Shown one piece after another: positions 1 to 12,850 of a DNA stretch of 64,000 bases. A model generated the notes under the pieces. That model was given only the letters and a program-made list of their open reading frames with translations, was not told where the DNA came from and did not search any database. The stretch spans positions 39,992,001 through 40,056,000 of the forward strand of contig NW_024704742.1 of the NCBI RefSeq assembly GCF_018977255.1, given 5' to 3'. Within the stretch, counting starts at the first letter, position 1; each line of letters opens with the position of its first letter. The position numbers and the translations under genes are program-made. This stretch comes from Callorhinchus milii. Its lineage: Eukaryota.

Positions 1-937
1 CAGTAAGGGTTACATTAATAATGTCTTGTCATACTTGACCTTGGACAGTTAGTCACAAGAGATTTAGAGATTTTGGATCTAATGAACTGAATGAGGTTAA
101 TAGTGACTGAATCAATCACTGGGTAAAGACTGGACAGAATTATAATCCAATCCATTTAGAATTACTTGAGTTCTCTCATCTCTACATCAAGAAGCAATTA
201 CTTCAGATATAGAGGGTCAATTATTTCTAGTTAAAAATAGTGATTGTTTTCAACAAAAACAGAATTTGACTACAGGTGCTTCTCTTGTTTGCAGACATTT
301 TTTCAACATTGAAAACTGGTTCTACACCGTTCCTGTTTCTGCTATTGTTACATGGTAATCCCTTGGGTAATGTTTACCTTGCTACAGGAATGCTAATGAT
401 ATTGGAGGCACAGACTTCTACAATGTCTAATTGCATGTTCCAGTCAGGGTTTACTTTATTTGGAGCCACTCTAGCAACAGTGGGTGAACATGCACTCAGC
501 TTCATCCCACACAATCAGGCTCTCCACTTCCACAAAGGGTCAATGCCCTAATGAAAATATTTCTCTTAACTTTTTAAACTTATGTCCCAGTTTGTTGAAA
601 AGAGTAACAAAGTGAAGAGGAATTTTCTTTCTGTCATAGGTCATAAATCAAGACTCATTTCGGCTTCTGATAAAGCAATAACATTCAGGAGTTGTCCTCT
701 CAGATTTGTGCTGCTGTTGGATATGTTGCACACACTTTAGAATGACTCTGGTAACTACTGCCCTTGCTTACATGAATATACAGCATAACTCACGAGATAA
801 CCTTAAAGTTTCCAATAATATTCACGGCAAAATTTTCGGTTACTTTTGGAGTTAAACTTTCCTACCTCAGTAAGATCTGAACAAACTATTACCAGAAAAT
901 AAAAAAACCAAAGTCACCTTTATTTTAGAGTTAATAC

Positions 938-1247
938 ATTTATAATCCTTGCATTTGATATAGCGCTTTTTCACGTCTTCTCGACGTCTCAAAGCGCTTC
1001 ACAGAATAGACTAAAGTAAATTGACTGTATATTTGTGGGCGAAACGCGGCAGCCAATTGCGCACAGCAGTGTCCCACAAACAGTCGTGGATTGAAAATGA
1101 CCAATTTTTTTTTGTTTTTGTTTTTGGAGGGATTAGTATTAGCTATGTGGATTAAGGAAATTTGCCCAAGGTTTCGCTCTGCCTGGAATTGAACCCAGGT
1201 GTCTCGCTTGCAAGGCAAGTGCTCTAACCACTGAGCTACAGGACTCC
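938..1247 (-). mobile_element. Young tRNA-derived Deu-domain SINE, full length, short variant
   Basis: Head GGAGTCCTGTAGCTCAGTGGTTAGAGC...GGTTCAATTCC (A/B boxes), core TTTGTGGGACAC/TTGCTGTGCGCAATTGGCTGCCGC, L2-type tail ending AAATGCAAGGATTAT. Confidence 0.92.
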
Positions 1248-1689
1248 ACATTCAAGAAGACAGTAAATAATTGCCGGTCTCCATTGTCTTCCTGTAGATT
1301 TCAAGGTCCTCATTCTCACCTACAAATCCATCTAATCCCTTGTATTTCCTTATCTCTCCGATCTTCTGCTACTCTACTTCTCTGCTCATCCTCTCTGAGT
1401 GTTCAACTAACGTGGACTTGCTGCACGTCCCCTGTCCTCTCTGTGCCAGTGGCATTGCTTTTAGTTCCTGTGCTCTTAACCTCTGAAACACTGTACCTCT
1501 ATCGCTCCATATCACCCACACCCCCTGCTCTCTTTGTCACACCTCAAATACTCAAATTGAAAAAGCACCTCTGGCCGTCTCCCCTCTCCCTTACTCAGTA
1601 TCCAATTCTGTCCCTGTAGAGCACTCAGTAATGTTACGCGATGTGAAAGGTGCAATACAAATGCATGTTTTGAATTTTCATTCACCATA

Positions 1690-2120
1690 TAGTAACGGAC
1701 TTGATAAACTGTGGCTTTTTTCTTTGGTGGTCAGAAAACTGAGAGGAGACATGATAGAAATGTAAAAGATGATGGGAGGCTTAGATAGGGTGGGTATGGA
1801 AAGATTATTTCCAGGGTCAGGGGATCCAGGATGAGAATTTTAAAATCAGAACTGAGAGGTCCAGAACAGAGATTATAAAAAAAAATTCACACAGAGAGGT
1901 GGGAGTGTGTAATTCTCTGCCATAGTCAGTTGTTGGGCGACATCCATGTGCACATTCAAAAACAAGACTGGATATATGGTTAAGAGGGAATAAAGTTGAT
2001 GGATATCGGGAAAAAAGCTAGGATATGTGACTAGGGATAGGATCTAGTGTAAGCAATCGAGTTGAGCATAAGCACTAACCAGACTGGATTGGCCTGTTTC
2101 TGAGCTGTACCTACTATGAA
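1690..2120 (+). mobile_element. CR1 LINE 3' fragment, old
   Basis: RGDMIEM-KMMGGLDRV-like coding remnant, TTCACACAGAGAGGTG, CR1-type 3' end GGCCTGTTTCTGAGCTGTA. Confidence 0.75.
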
Positions 2121-2260
2121 CCTGAACCCAAAGTCAGTACAGCTAATATCCTTCATTGTTCATTTGGTTCCTGCTGCAGCACAATGTTTAACTAAATATG
2201 ATGGTGAATTAAAAAAAAGTTTCTCCCACTATCTTTACCCAGTTACTTTATCTAAATACA

Positions 2261-2603
2261 TAATATAATAATCCTTGCATTTGATATAGGGCCTTATCAC
2301 GTCTTCAAGACTTCTCAAAGTGCTTCACAGAATATACTGTAAAGTGAATTGACTATATTTTATGGACGAAACGTGGCAGCCAATTGCGCACAACATTGTC
2401 CCACAAACATTCATGGATTGAGTGACTTTTTTATTTTATTGTATTTTTGATGGGGTTATTATCCCCGGAAAACCAATTGACTAACAACTGGGTTCCTACT
2501 TACTGCTCGGTAAACAGAGGTGTGTGGAGTAAGGAAACTTGCCCAACGTTTCACCCTGCAGGGAATTGAACCCAGGTCTCTCGCTTGCGAGACGAGTGCT
2601 CTA
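2261..2603 (-). mobile_element. Deu-domain SINE, long variant, 5' end clipped
   Basis: Same family as 938-1247 with an extra internal block CCTCTGTTTACC.AGCAGTAAGTAGGAACCC. Confidence 0.9.
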
Positions 2604-2939
2604 TAACGTTATAACCCATTATAACACAAAATGCAGTACGTTTCAAAGTGGCATACTACATAAGAGATAAATATATATGTGAACACCGGAAATTTAATAA
2701 AATACACCGATGGTATCTGGTAGTCAGAATATATTACAAATGCAAGATTAAAAGAATGGTGGGGGGTGTAATCCAGGTGTGGATTACTACTGTAATCCTG
2801 TGATCTGCCCGGCTCAGGAACCAGACAACCAAGACCATCACAGAGGCATGAGAGTAACGGGTAAGCTATTTAGTGAGTTAATAGAATTTACCAAAGTATT
2901 CTAAAAAGAATTCTGTAAATTTTGCTGCTCTTACAGTAC

Positions 2940-3017
2940 CTGTGATTGTTCGATCTCAGCTTTATTCAGCTTGATACCAAGGATGTCAGCAGCAAATCTT
3001 TGGAAACAGAGAAAGAC
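2940..3017 (-). CDS. RAB28: RAB28 coding exon 6 (VFLCFQRFAADILGIKLNKAEIEQSQ), 78 nt
   Basis: Translated by hand; acceptor tgttttattttag|GTC, donor CAG|GTACTG; nearly identical to the Rab28 C-terminal helix; last exon not seen in 1-2939. Confidence 0.96.
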
Positions 3018-3226
3018 CTAAAATAAAACACAAATTATGTCAAAACAAATATTTACACTGTCAAAATGTCACTAATCCACATATCTCAAACAATAATATT
3101 TAGCATTAGACTAGTTTAAATCAAAACTCAATATTTAATACAAGCTGTACCTGTTGAAGCTACATTTACAAACAAAGGATCCAATATGGAATGTAGATTG
3201 ACACACAGATAGACACTGCATCTTTA

Positions 3227-3740
3227 TCTATACTCATTTGGGAGGACTCAGCGAGAGGACTCGGAGCTTTAAAAATGTAATTTTGTTCTTGTTGCCCCGT
3301 CTTAGCTTTGTCTGTGTTCTTTATTTTGTTTGCGCCGCTTGGCTACGTGCCTGCTCTGTGACGCAGGTTGCCACAGCGCCACAGTCAGCCGGCACGGCCA
3401 CTTGGTGTAACTGCAGTGCGTGCGTACATACGTGTGTGCTCTGTGACTCAGGCTGCCACAGCACGACAGTCAGCCGGCATGGCTACTTGGTGTAACTGCA
3501 GTGCGTGCATACGTACGTGCTTTGTGACGCACGATGCCACAGCGCCACTTTGACTCGGCGGCCACCAGGTGTAACTGTAGCGAAAAACGCAAAACTGAAA
3601 ATAACTCATGTACAATAGGAAATGCCCCAAAACAAATATGCTCATGTCACTCCCAGATGCAAGACCTTTCCGATCAGGTGTAAATTATATCTCTATGTCA
3701 ATCAGTTATTGAGATCCTTCTTGAAGCGCAGTATTATTAG
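3227..3740 (+). mobile_element. Putative non-autonomous Helitron-like element with internal ~83-bp tandem repeat
   Basis: Starts A|TCTATACT and ends GTATTATTAG|T (CTAG-like); no target-site duplication (TSD) seen; CpG-rich interior. Confidence 0.45.
3345..3582 (+). repeat. Tandem repeat, ~3 copies of a ~83-bp unit
   Basis: GCTCTGTGACGCAGG.TGCCACAGC..CAGTCAGCCGGCA.GGC.ACTTGGTGTAACTGCAGTGCGTGC repeated. Confidence 0.9.
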
Positions 3741-4090
3741 TATATATATAGAAATTTATATTTACATAGCGCCTTTCATGTCAGGAGGACGTCCCAAGGC
3801 ACCTCATAGTCCTAGCTAGGCACTCAAGCTGCAGTGGAGGGTGCCGGGGGAGAGGGAATGGTGAGTGAAGGTGAGATCTTAATGTATTTAAAAATCTATG
3901 GAAAAAACGCTGAAAATCCATATTATTAAGAGGTCATTAAAGTATATGTATAAATTACACTCTTTTTGACTTTCATAGAAAGTCTGTCAATGTGATATTT
4001 TACAAAGGAAGTGATATTCTGCTAAGTGTATTGCTTTACACTTCTACTTGGGTTTCCCAAACTTTGACTAAGATAGTGGATTCTGAACCT

Positions 4091-4240
4091 TAGAACCATA
4101 GAAATGTACTGCACGGGAGACCCATTCGACCCATCATGGCTGTGCTGCCTCTTCTAAAGAGCAATCCTTTCAGTCCTATCTACCTACCTTCCTTTTCCCC
4201 ACATTTCTCTCGTTTACTCTTTGTTAGATACAGTATCTAT
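4091..4240 (-). mobile_element. CR1 LINE extreme 3' end
   Basis: Reverse complement reads GCACAGCCATGATGGGTCGAATGGGTCTCCCGTGCAGTACATTTCTATGGTTCTA. Confidence 0.7.
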
Positions 4241-5287
4241 CCAGAGTTGTGACAATGTGAAATTGTCATTCCAATTTTTTATCTCAAACCTTTAGGTCAA
4301 CGAACAACATTGTTTAACATTTTAACTACAGGTTCATTAAATAAGTGGCACTTCTCCTCCCGCCATCCACTATAATCTATTAATGTTTACTGTCCTCTAT
4401 TTCAAGCGCTCTGAGATGCTACCAGGCATGAGAGTGCTATATAAATGAAGTTGTTGTTGTCCTATGCTCTTCAAGATTAAAAAAAGGCTGCTTGCATCTT
4501 AAGAAAAAATGCAGACTGGAGAAAAATAATGGACTACTCATTGCTATCTAACTGTTGTAGTCATAATAAACTATTATATTTTAAGTTAGAAGCTATCTTA
4601 TAAAATATTATTTTTAAAAATAAATGTATTTTTGAAAATGCATATGGCTGCTGTAGCTTAGAAGTAGGAAACCAGTGTAAATTAATAATAAAACAATGGT
4701 TCTAACTATGATATTTAAGCAAAATTCAAGATAGAGGTTTTTCATTCCTATTAATCTACTATTCTACTATGTACATACGGTGACCAATCTCGATATAAGG
4801 TTACTATAGCAGTTGTTTTCAAGTCTCAATAAGAGTGAAAATCTAAAAAAAACTTGTATAAAACCAGAGCATCACATTTATCTGGACATATTGGGAGCTG
4901 ACGGGTGGTCCAACTCTAGTTTGTGTCGATTTGGCCAATTTCTACTCTCTCAACCACATCCTGCTGATAATGCAGCAGTCAATTAGTGTGCGTAGGGAGT
5001 TTGTGGGAACAAGGTCAAAGTTCATCCCAGTGATTTAAGAGTATATACAGTGGTTTCTGTGGGTTATTATTAGAGAATATTAGACTTACTTTACTTGAAA
5101 ACCTACAACTCTGGATACAAGCTCATGTTTACATTCCAATTTATTTCCACCTCTCCAGAAATTTATACACAGATATTGATGTTGGGCAGAAATAATAATC
5201 TTTTGAATTTATGATTTGTGCTTGTGATTTTCTGGGGAGATATATTTTTAAAAAACAAGGAAAGCTCACCTTAGGGCATCGTTATGC

Positions 5288-5855
5288 AACAACAACAAGA
5301 TTGCATTTATAGAGCGCCTTTCACGTCGGGAGGACGTCCCAAGGTGCTAGACAGTTGGGTCGGGACCCAAGCAGGGGGGAAATGGTCAGGATGAGGGGAG
5401 GGAAGGGAGGGAGCGAGGAGGGGGTAGAGAGTCGAGAGGGGAGCTGAAGGCACGGTTGAAGAGAAAGGTCATGAGACCGGCCTTGAAGGAGGAAAGGGAG
5501 GAAGCAAGGCAAAGGCACTCGGGGATGGAGTTCCAGAGCCGAGGGGCTGAGAGCCCGGCCACCGATGGTAGGGCGGTTATGGCGGGGGTTGTGGAGCAGA
5601 CCGGAGCCAGAGGAACGGAGGGTACGGGCAGGTAAGTAGGGGGATAGTAGGTTGGAGAAGTAGGAGGGAACAAGGGTGGGAGTGCTGTGGTCACGTAGCC
5701 TGGTGCGGGACAGTACACAAGCTGTAAAGTTCTGAATGACCTGCAGCTTGTGGAGGGAGGTGCCGGGAAGGCCAACGAGGAGAGTTCCCGTAGTCCAGCC
5801 TTGAGGTAATAAAGGCGTGGACCAGTGTTTCAGCAGCATGAGGGGTGAGAGGTAT
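5288..5855 (-). mobile_element. L2 LINE 3' fragment (frameshifted ORF2 C-terminus plus tail)
   Basis: AETLVHAFITSRLDY, LLSPYLPARTLRSSGSGLL, APRLWNS.P, FKAGLMTFLFNRAF; (GTT)n tail. Confidence 0.92.
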
Positions 5856-7692
5856 GCAGCACTTAGGCCACATTAATCTTAAAACGTGGCCACCAACCAC
5901 TGCCTTAATATTGGCGGCAGTGCTTCAAGGTAAACAAAGCTGTGTTGCTACCTTCAGACATGTCAAGACACACTTGAAAAACTAGTTTTCACAGCATCTC
6001 AAAGCATTAACTTAAGCAGCAACAATATAATACTTCCATACCAAAATGCTGTAATTGTTTTTGGCTATAGGTGGCTGAGCACTGAGCCCGCTTAATTGCT
6101 GGCATGCAATTTCTCCAGATGCTGGGTGAGGTCCATCAGCCAGAAATGAAAATTGTGAATACATCTTTACATCTTTTAAACCAAAACGTATGGACAGTCA
6201 TTTTCTTGTCACTCTTGGTACTGTGCAATGTTCCTTATAATGTAAACTGAGTAGATTCCATAACTCTGAATTACTGCACTAAATCTTCCATCCAAAATAA
6301 TTCTGTAATATAAATGTGGCATCAATGCTCAACTTAAGAGCAATATTGGCAGAGGCCCAAGACTATATTTCCCCTCGATTCAAAAGTGGTTTGTGGCAAA
6401 GCGGAAGCATTAAAAAAAGTGGAGGATAGAACAAAAAATATGAAAGCCTATTAACATCCATACATAGACAACACATTAATGGGTGGAAAGGCTTATCAAA
6501 ATCCTATTTACACAACAGCTGGAAACTAATTTTTGTTAAAACCTGCGCCTGCTCCACTTCAGTAAGCCAAGTGCAAACTGTGTGGATCAGAAGGGTCACA
6601 AATTTCAATAACAATTCCCACCTCCTAATCTTGGTGCAGATTAGGACTGTGAAATAAAACACACACAACAGGCTGGAATAAACAGTTTGACTGGACGCTC
6701 CTACTGAAAATAACATGGAACAATGTCAAGACATATATAGGCCAGATAGCTTCATACTATCCATTGCAGTTTCTTGGTCAGCTCTAAAATGAGGGCATTA
6801 TTTCCATTGCTCAACCATATTGAAATAACCCAAGATTATATTTGGGTATAATTTAATATGACTGTATTATTCAACTAAAACACCTTCGTTTACTATTGGA
6901 CTCCCAAGTTCTTTTCGCCAGTTATTCCAGGAGCAGGTAATTTGGTACGAACAACAGAATCCCAACCAATTTAGCTTAGCAGTCCAACCTAATATATCCA
7001 TCCATTTCTGTTATGAACATATTGCACAATGAAATGTTCACAGGTCCAGATCTGAGGCTCAAAATTCCTCATGGTCTATAGTCTTAAAACTGTTAGCTTA
7101 AAATTTTAATTTTTGCAGGATTTAGAAATTTCTCAAATTTAACACAGTTCTTAATAAGACCAGGAGCAGTTCAGGGATCCAAACGGTTGGTTTAAATAAT
7201 GATCAAAACCGAGTCTCGCCACACTGCACTGGTCCTGCGCCTGATAACACTCTAATTATCCTTTCTTTATTGCAAAGGGAAGTCCTTAACCTCCACTCCG
7301 TGCTCCATGAAAGAAAGATTAGGTCAAAAACTCCACATCATATGACTCAATGGTTCTTTTTTTTCAAAAAAAAGAAACTGTTGAACAGGTTGCTTTATAC
7401 ATTAATCCCAAAAGTGACAAACTAAAAATGTATTTACTTTCAAATATCCAATTACCTTTTCTAAAATGAGAAGGTAATTATGTGGCTGTTTCTCTTATGT
7501 AATGATCATGAACTATATTGATGCAGACTTCAGTACCTTCCAATATGTGGTGAATAAACAATATTCAAGTCACAAAAGCATATAAGATTTGTCTCATTTA
7601 CTTTTAGACTGTTTGTGGTTTTAGGTAGAAGGAATATCCCAACAATTACATACTCTATACCCTCCTTGTTTGCCAGTCTGCCTCTTCCCAGT

Positions 7693-7954
7693 CATTAGTT
7701 TCATAGGATTTGCAGTTTAGGACAAAGGCTGAAATCGGGAAACAAGTTTACTTTTCTAACTACCTCAGAGGAGTTTACAATATTCTTCCACTAAATTTTG
7801 GAAAAGGGAACTTTGGTTTCATGTTTTCTATAAATACAACTTTTCAAGATTTTTTAAAACATATACGTCTGAATTACTCAGCTAAGAGTAGAAAAATAAG
7901 TTTGCTTCCCGATCTCTGCTTTTGATCCTATACTGCAAGTCCTATGAACCACTG
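7693..7954. mobile_element. MITE-like element with ~60-bp terminal inverted repeats
   Basis: 7700-7758 is the reverse complement of ~7889-7948 with few mismatches; the right end reads CAGTGGTTC on the minus strand (hAT-like). Confidence 0.65.
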
Positions 7955-8944
7955 CACAGGAGTAATATAGAATACCGAGTGGCAAGCCAAGAATCCATGA
8001 CTGGGATCCAATGGGACTGTACATATTGCTGTCTGTTCTGACTAGTTCAGTTAAAGATAATTCCATCAATATAGCATAAAAGGTTTCAGATTACTCTAAA
8101 TCAAGCTAATGGAGTGTTTGAAGGTAATATTATATAGAATCTACATTTAGCTACCCCTTTTACACTAGAGGTCAATTCAATCATGCCAGAATTTACCCTG
8201 TGCTCTGAACCAAGAAAGTATCTCCTTACATGTGCAATGCACGTGCTGGCAAGCGAGGAAGAACAGGAGATCAGAACCATTTAAAATGATACCCGATGCC
8301 AGGATCATTTTTATTATGTTGCATATGATACTGGAGTAAAAAAAAATCATTAATAGTACGATACATTTGATTCAACCATCTATAGTGTCAAAAACTATTA
8401 TAGCCATTTAGAAACTGATCAATGCTGAAATGATCTGTTTGCTAATACAGTTGTTACTGTACATCACAATGGCAGTTATTAAACTAATTCTAGTTGAAAA
8501 GTAAGTAACTGGCAAACAAGACCTATATCAACTCAGCTTTTGTAGCAAATGTTCAACAGCAATTTATCACCAAAGTCGTCTATCTTCATTTGTCTTGAAT
8601 TGTGTGTGTGATGGCGCCAGTCCAGGACATCTATGCACTTAAGTCTTGTTTTTGTCAGTATTAGTACTATTGACCAAAGTTAAGAGATCATCATCCTTTT
8701 AATAGCAGACAACAAACATACCCATTTCTCACTTTTACACTGTAAACATATCACTGGTGCACAAAATAATCCAGGAATCAATCAGGTGGAAATGCCTCCC
8801 ACATTACTACTGCAGAGATTCAAACCAGATAGGCAAAACAAGGCACAGGGTCTAGTTCTTTTACCCTCGGTCGAATCCTAGAATTGCAATTCATGTAAAC
8901 AGTTCCAACCTGTTGAATATGACACAGAGGTGGCTTAAACTTAC

Positions 8945-9048
8945 AGAGTCTCCAGTTTTGGCAGAGACAAAATAACTACTGATGTTGTTTTCATGGCAAA
9001 AGCGTTGATGCTTGTCCGCCTTCACAGTTCGCATGTGCTCCAGGTCAA
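8945..9048 (-). CDS. RAB28: RAB28 coding exon 5 ([35 protein letters not shown]), 104 nt
   Basis: Translated by hand; acceptor tgttccccatag|TT, donor TCT|GTAAGT; completes NKID and contains G5 SAK. Confidence 0.97.
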
Positions 9049-11449
9049 CTATGGGGAACAAAATATACACAGTTCAGTAAGACTTCAGTGTTTGCACATC
9101 TGCATCACATAAAGAGCTGTGTCAATTGGAAAAATGCTTAAAGTCACAGTTTGATTTAAAAATAATTAAGTTTTTAACACCGTAAAACCCCAACTAGTTT
9201 CCTCCTGTAAAGCTCTATCTTCTAATATGATGCATTTAACACTTTTTGGTGTTCGACACACATTGACATAATTCACATCCATAAAATTAATTGCATCAAA
9301 CCACTGTCATTTGTACATGGTGTCATCATGATTAAAAACATGCGCACCTGCACCTGTTCTAGAAGTTCTCTTTCCGCATTGAGAGCATTACTTCTTTAAT
9401 GCTTTTCAGATCAATTTCGAATCATGCACTATATGAGCAAAAGTGACATGAGCTTGCAAATGTATTCAACCCTATAGTGCTCAGTTTATTTTGTTGAGAC
9501 ACACACACAAACCTAAAGATAGGTTATTTTTTTTAAACCAAAGTGAGTGAATAGCACTGGCAAGTTTACAGATACAATGCAATAGAGTTTAAACATTGCA
9601 TACAATAGCTATAATCTACTGTATGTCACTGATAGCATTTTAAAATATTAGTTATTTCTACTAATGCATTATGAAAATCAAGATTGTTCAAAATGATCTG
9701 ATTCAAACAGATGCTGAAAGATTCCCCGACCATCCAAATACTTACATTGGGACATTTTCTGGAATCCTTGAAAAAAAGCCAAAAGGCTGTAGGGAGAAAA
9801 TATTCTGACCTATAACTGTCACTCTGCACCCTGGAGGTATAAGCAATGCTGCCAAAGCAAGCCTAGTACACAACATTGGGATTTCAAGAACTTCAAGGTG
9901 GGTGGCACACGATAAGCTGACCTGTAAAGGTCTTTCCACCAACATACAGAAAGACTTTTGTTAAAAAAGTGACAAGACAGCTTGGGCTGTCAATTGCTGG
10001 AAGACATTACCTGGAATGCGGATTAGCAACTTTACTGCTTTTACTTCTAGAATTCAGTGGCTAACTTGGTTAGTACTCGTAATACTGCTGAAGGTGGTGG
10101 AATCATATGGGTTACAGTGACCTGGAGGGTGGTGGTGATGGTGAATTCACATACTTCATGTGCAGCTGTACCTCTCAGGAAAATTAGATACAAGCTATCT
10201 AATGAATTAAATTTCCAATTGTAATCGGGTTTTCAAATACGTAATATATTCATACATTAAAAGCAATTTTCAGTTTTTGGAATTTGATTAATTTTCTTGC
10301 AACATTAAAGTATCAATAAATCATCAAGTAGTGAAAGCAAAATAAGTACTGTATGTATTTGTACACTTTCTATATTGTGGTACTCTTACGCGCCTCTAAG
10401 TGATAAATGATTTAATAATACATTTACTAATTCTGCTTTCAATATCACTCAATTTTGAAGTACACCAGAAACAGACAGTGGATGTCTGAATGTCCCTGTT
10501 TACAGAAAACTCAAAATGGTCTCAGATTCATGAGCAGTTTGTTTACAGAGCCAGCTTAGTTGTAGGGAAGATGAATAGTTCTCAAGTCAGACTACACTGA
10601 GAATTGGATGTTGTCAGTAATCTTCTGTAGCAGGATAAAGCAACTACACATAAACAAATGCGCACTGTAGAAGAGGGTTATGTCATCACTGAATGGCCAC
10701 CTCATTGAGAAATACTCTTAGGCAAGATTTTGCTATGGTTTATCCATGAAGCAACACAGACATTATTTTATTTGTAACATCACACATTATTTTCTACCCT
10801 CAATTTGCCTATGGGTTATTTATTGCTCAGATCCTCCACTTTCCAGTCAATGCCCTACGTTTTCAGCAGCTGGGTGTGATGTCCCACCGTTCAGTTGAAT
10901 ATTCCTTCATGCCTACAACAGTGAATGCAGAGTCTCCCAGCTGCTGAGATGGTGTATTGGTCAGGGCAGCATTCAAATCTCTTCTGTGTACTTAAAAAAA
11001 ACTTAGCTAGCTGGAATTTTAAATTAAATCCTCCAGAGCAGTATAATAAAAACAACTGAGGTGACCTGTTTAAATCAAATGTAAATTGGCAGGGTGATGG
11101 TCTAATTCCACTGGCTGCTAAGCCTAAGCCTATATGTGAAACAAGTGGTAACTTCATAGCTTGGTATTTATTCAGATAGGACCACCTGATCCCTTCGACT
11201 CACAAAACACATTTATACCTCAAACTCTCATTGATAAAACAGATAGTCAACCATTAACAGCATGTCTGATTACAGCAGATTGCCTGACTTTGCCAAACAT
11301 GTCCCGAAAACTAGTTTGGCTCAGGAAGACCCAATTTCCCTTTTTCTCTCTGAATAATTGTATTGAATCATTGAATGAATCTCAACAGAGTGGAAAGGTT
11401 ATTTGGGCCTGGTGGAATTCAAATCTAGAACCAAGCAAACTAGTACAAG

Positions 11450-12275
11450 TGGGAAGCAGTTGAAGGAAGGGAGGCTCTGGCCTACATTGACCTGTTCTTG
11501 AGCATCCCGGAAGTGGAATCAGCTACACTACCTTCATGTGAGGATCTGGATTAACCATATGGTTTAAGTTCCATATGCTTAATCCAGATCGAGTATTCAG
11601 TCTGTGCCATTGTACTTAGACCTCTGGAACATCAAGGTGACTGGCACATCACACTCTGTCCTGTGTAGATCCTCCCACAACACTGAAGACAGATGCCCAT
11701 CAAATAGCTGCTGAGGAAAGAGTTTTGAGATCACAGTGGCTGAAGGGTATTACTTGGAATCTGGGTTGATGAACACATGCTCATATATCGAGGGTTTGGT
11801 ATCTACCTTGATTGGTATGATCCTCAAATAGGTAGGGATTTAATAAAATGTCAGAATTGACTCAGCCCTTTGTAGTTGTCTTGTTAGTTTGGTTTCTGGA
11901 CCAAGCAGGTACGCAGCACTCCAGGGCACTGCTGATGACAAACCAACTAGCATGGCTCGTCAACAGGACCAGGAGAGGCAAACTGGTTATCTGAAGCAGG
12001 AATTCTTCCTATTTGGCTCCTGTTAACTCTGCATGCTAAGGCCCCAAAGGGGTAGCAGAGCCGAGCTGAACAAGCAGCGGGAAGCTTGCCAGCCCGTTCT
12101 CTCAACTGCAAGGTAAATTTTGTGGGCTGCTTAATCTCCCACAGCACCCTAATCCATAACACACTATGGGGTTCTCTAACCTTGGCTCTCACCAACCTGT
12201 GCCTAATCCTCTCCAAATTTAAGTGAATAGGGTGTGTCCCTCCAAGAAGACTGTGTCCACTTCCAGATGGGAAGC
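11450..12275. repeat. Ancient unclassified interspersed repeat (related copies at ~9790-10030, 42460-43440, 51880-52430)
   Basis: Collinear shared blocks, e.g. CCAG.GCACTGCTGATGACA, CAGATG...CA.ATAGCTG, G.ATTAC.TGGA.T. Confidence 0.65.
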
Positions 12276-12297
12276 TGTGAGGAGAAGGGTAATATAT

Positions 12298-12850
12298 AAT
12301 ACAAAATTACATTTGTATAGTGCCTTTCACGTTGGGAGGACGACCCAAGGCGCTGGACAGTGAGGGATTTGGACCTGAGCTGCGGGTCGGAATCAGGGAG
12401 GGTGGAGGGCAGGGAGGGAAGGAGGATAGCCGAAGGCTCAGTTGAAGATGGTTTTGAGATGCACCTTGAAGGAGGTGAGGGAGTGAGGAGAAGGGAATGT
12501 GGGATGGAATTCCATAGGGTGAGGGCAGAAAGGTTGAAGGCCCAACTGCTGATGGTGGCGTGGAGCGGGCCGATGGTGGCGTGGAGCAGGTTACATCCTG
12601 CTGAGCAGAGGGAGTGGACAGGTTGTTATGGGGTCAGCAGGTCACAGAGGTAGGGAGGGCAAGGCTATGGAAGGCCTTGAAGGTGAGGACGAGAATTTTG
12701 AACTCTATCCTCTGGGCCTGAGGAGGATAGTGTGGGAGTGGTTGGGTCACGGAGCTTGATACGGGAGAGGACACGAGCTGCAGAGTTCAGGATGATCTGC
12801 AACTTGTGGAGAGAAGAGTTGGGAAGGCCGACAAGCAGGGAGCTGGCATA
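12298..12850 (-). mobile_element. L2 LINE 3' fragment
   Basis: RIEFKILVLTFKAFHSLAL remnant and L2 tail on the minus strand. Confidence 0.85.

Noticed and set aside
1175..1247. tRNA-Ala(TGC)-like genes here and at other SINE heads
   Set aside because: Each continues into the SINE body and tail and lacks a properly paired acceptor stem
2766..2875. Possible solo-LTR fragment starting TGTAAT
   Set aside because: No matching CA end, TSD or second copy seen
1..2939. RAB28 terminal CaaX exon(s)
   Set aside because: No RVVKADIV- or RIVRAEIV-like frame ending in C-x-x-Q found by eye; probably left of the window
3345..3582. CRISPR-like repeat array
   Set aside because: Whole units are repeated with no unique spacers; eukaryotic intron; no cas genes
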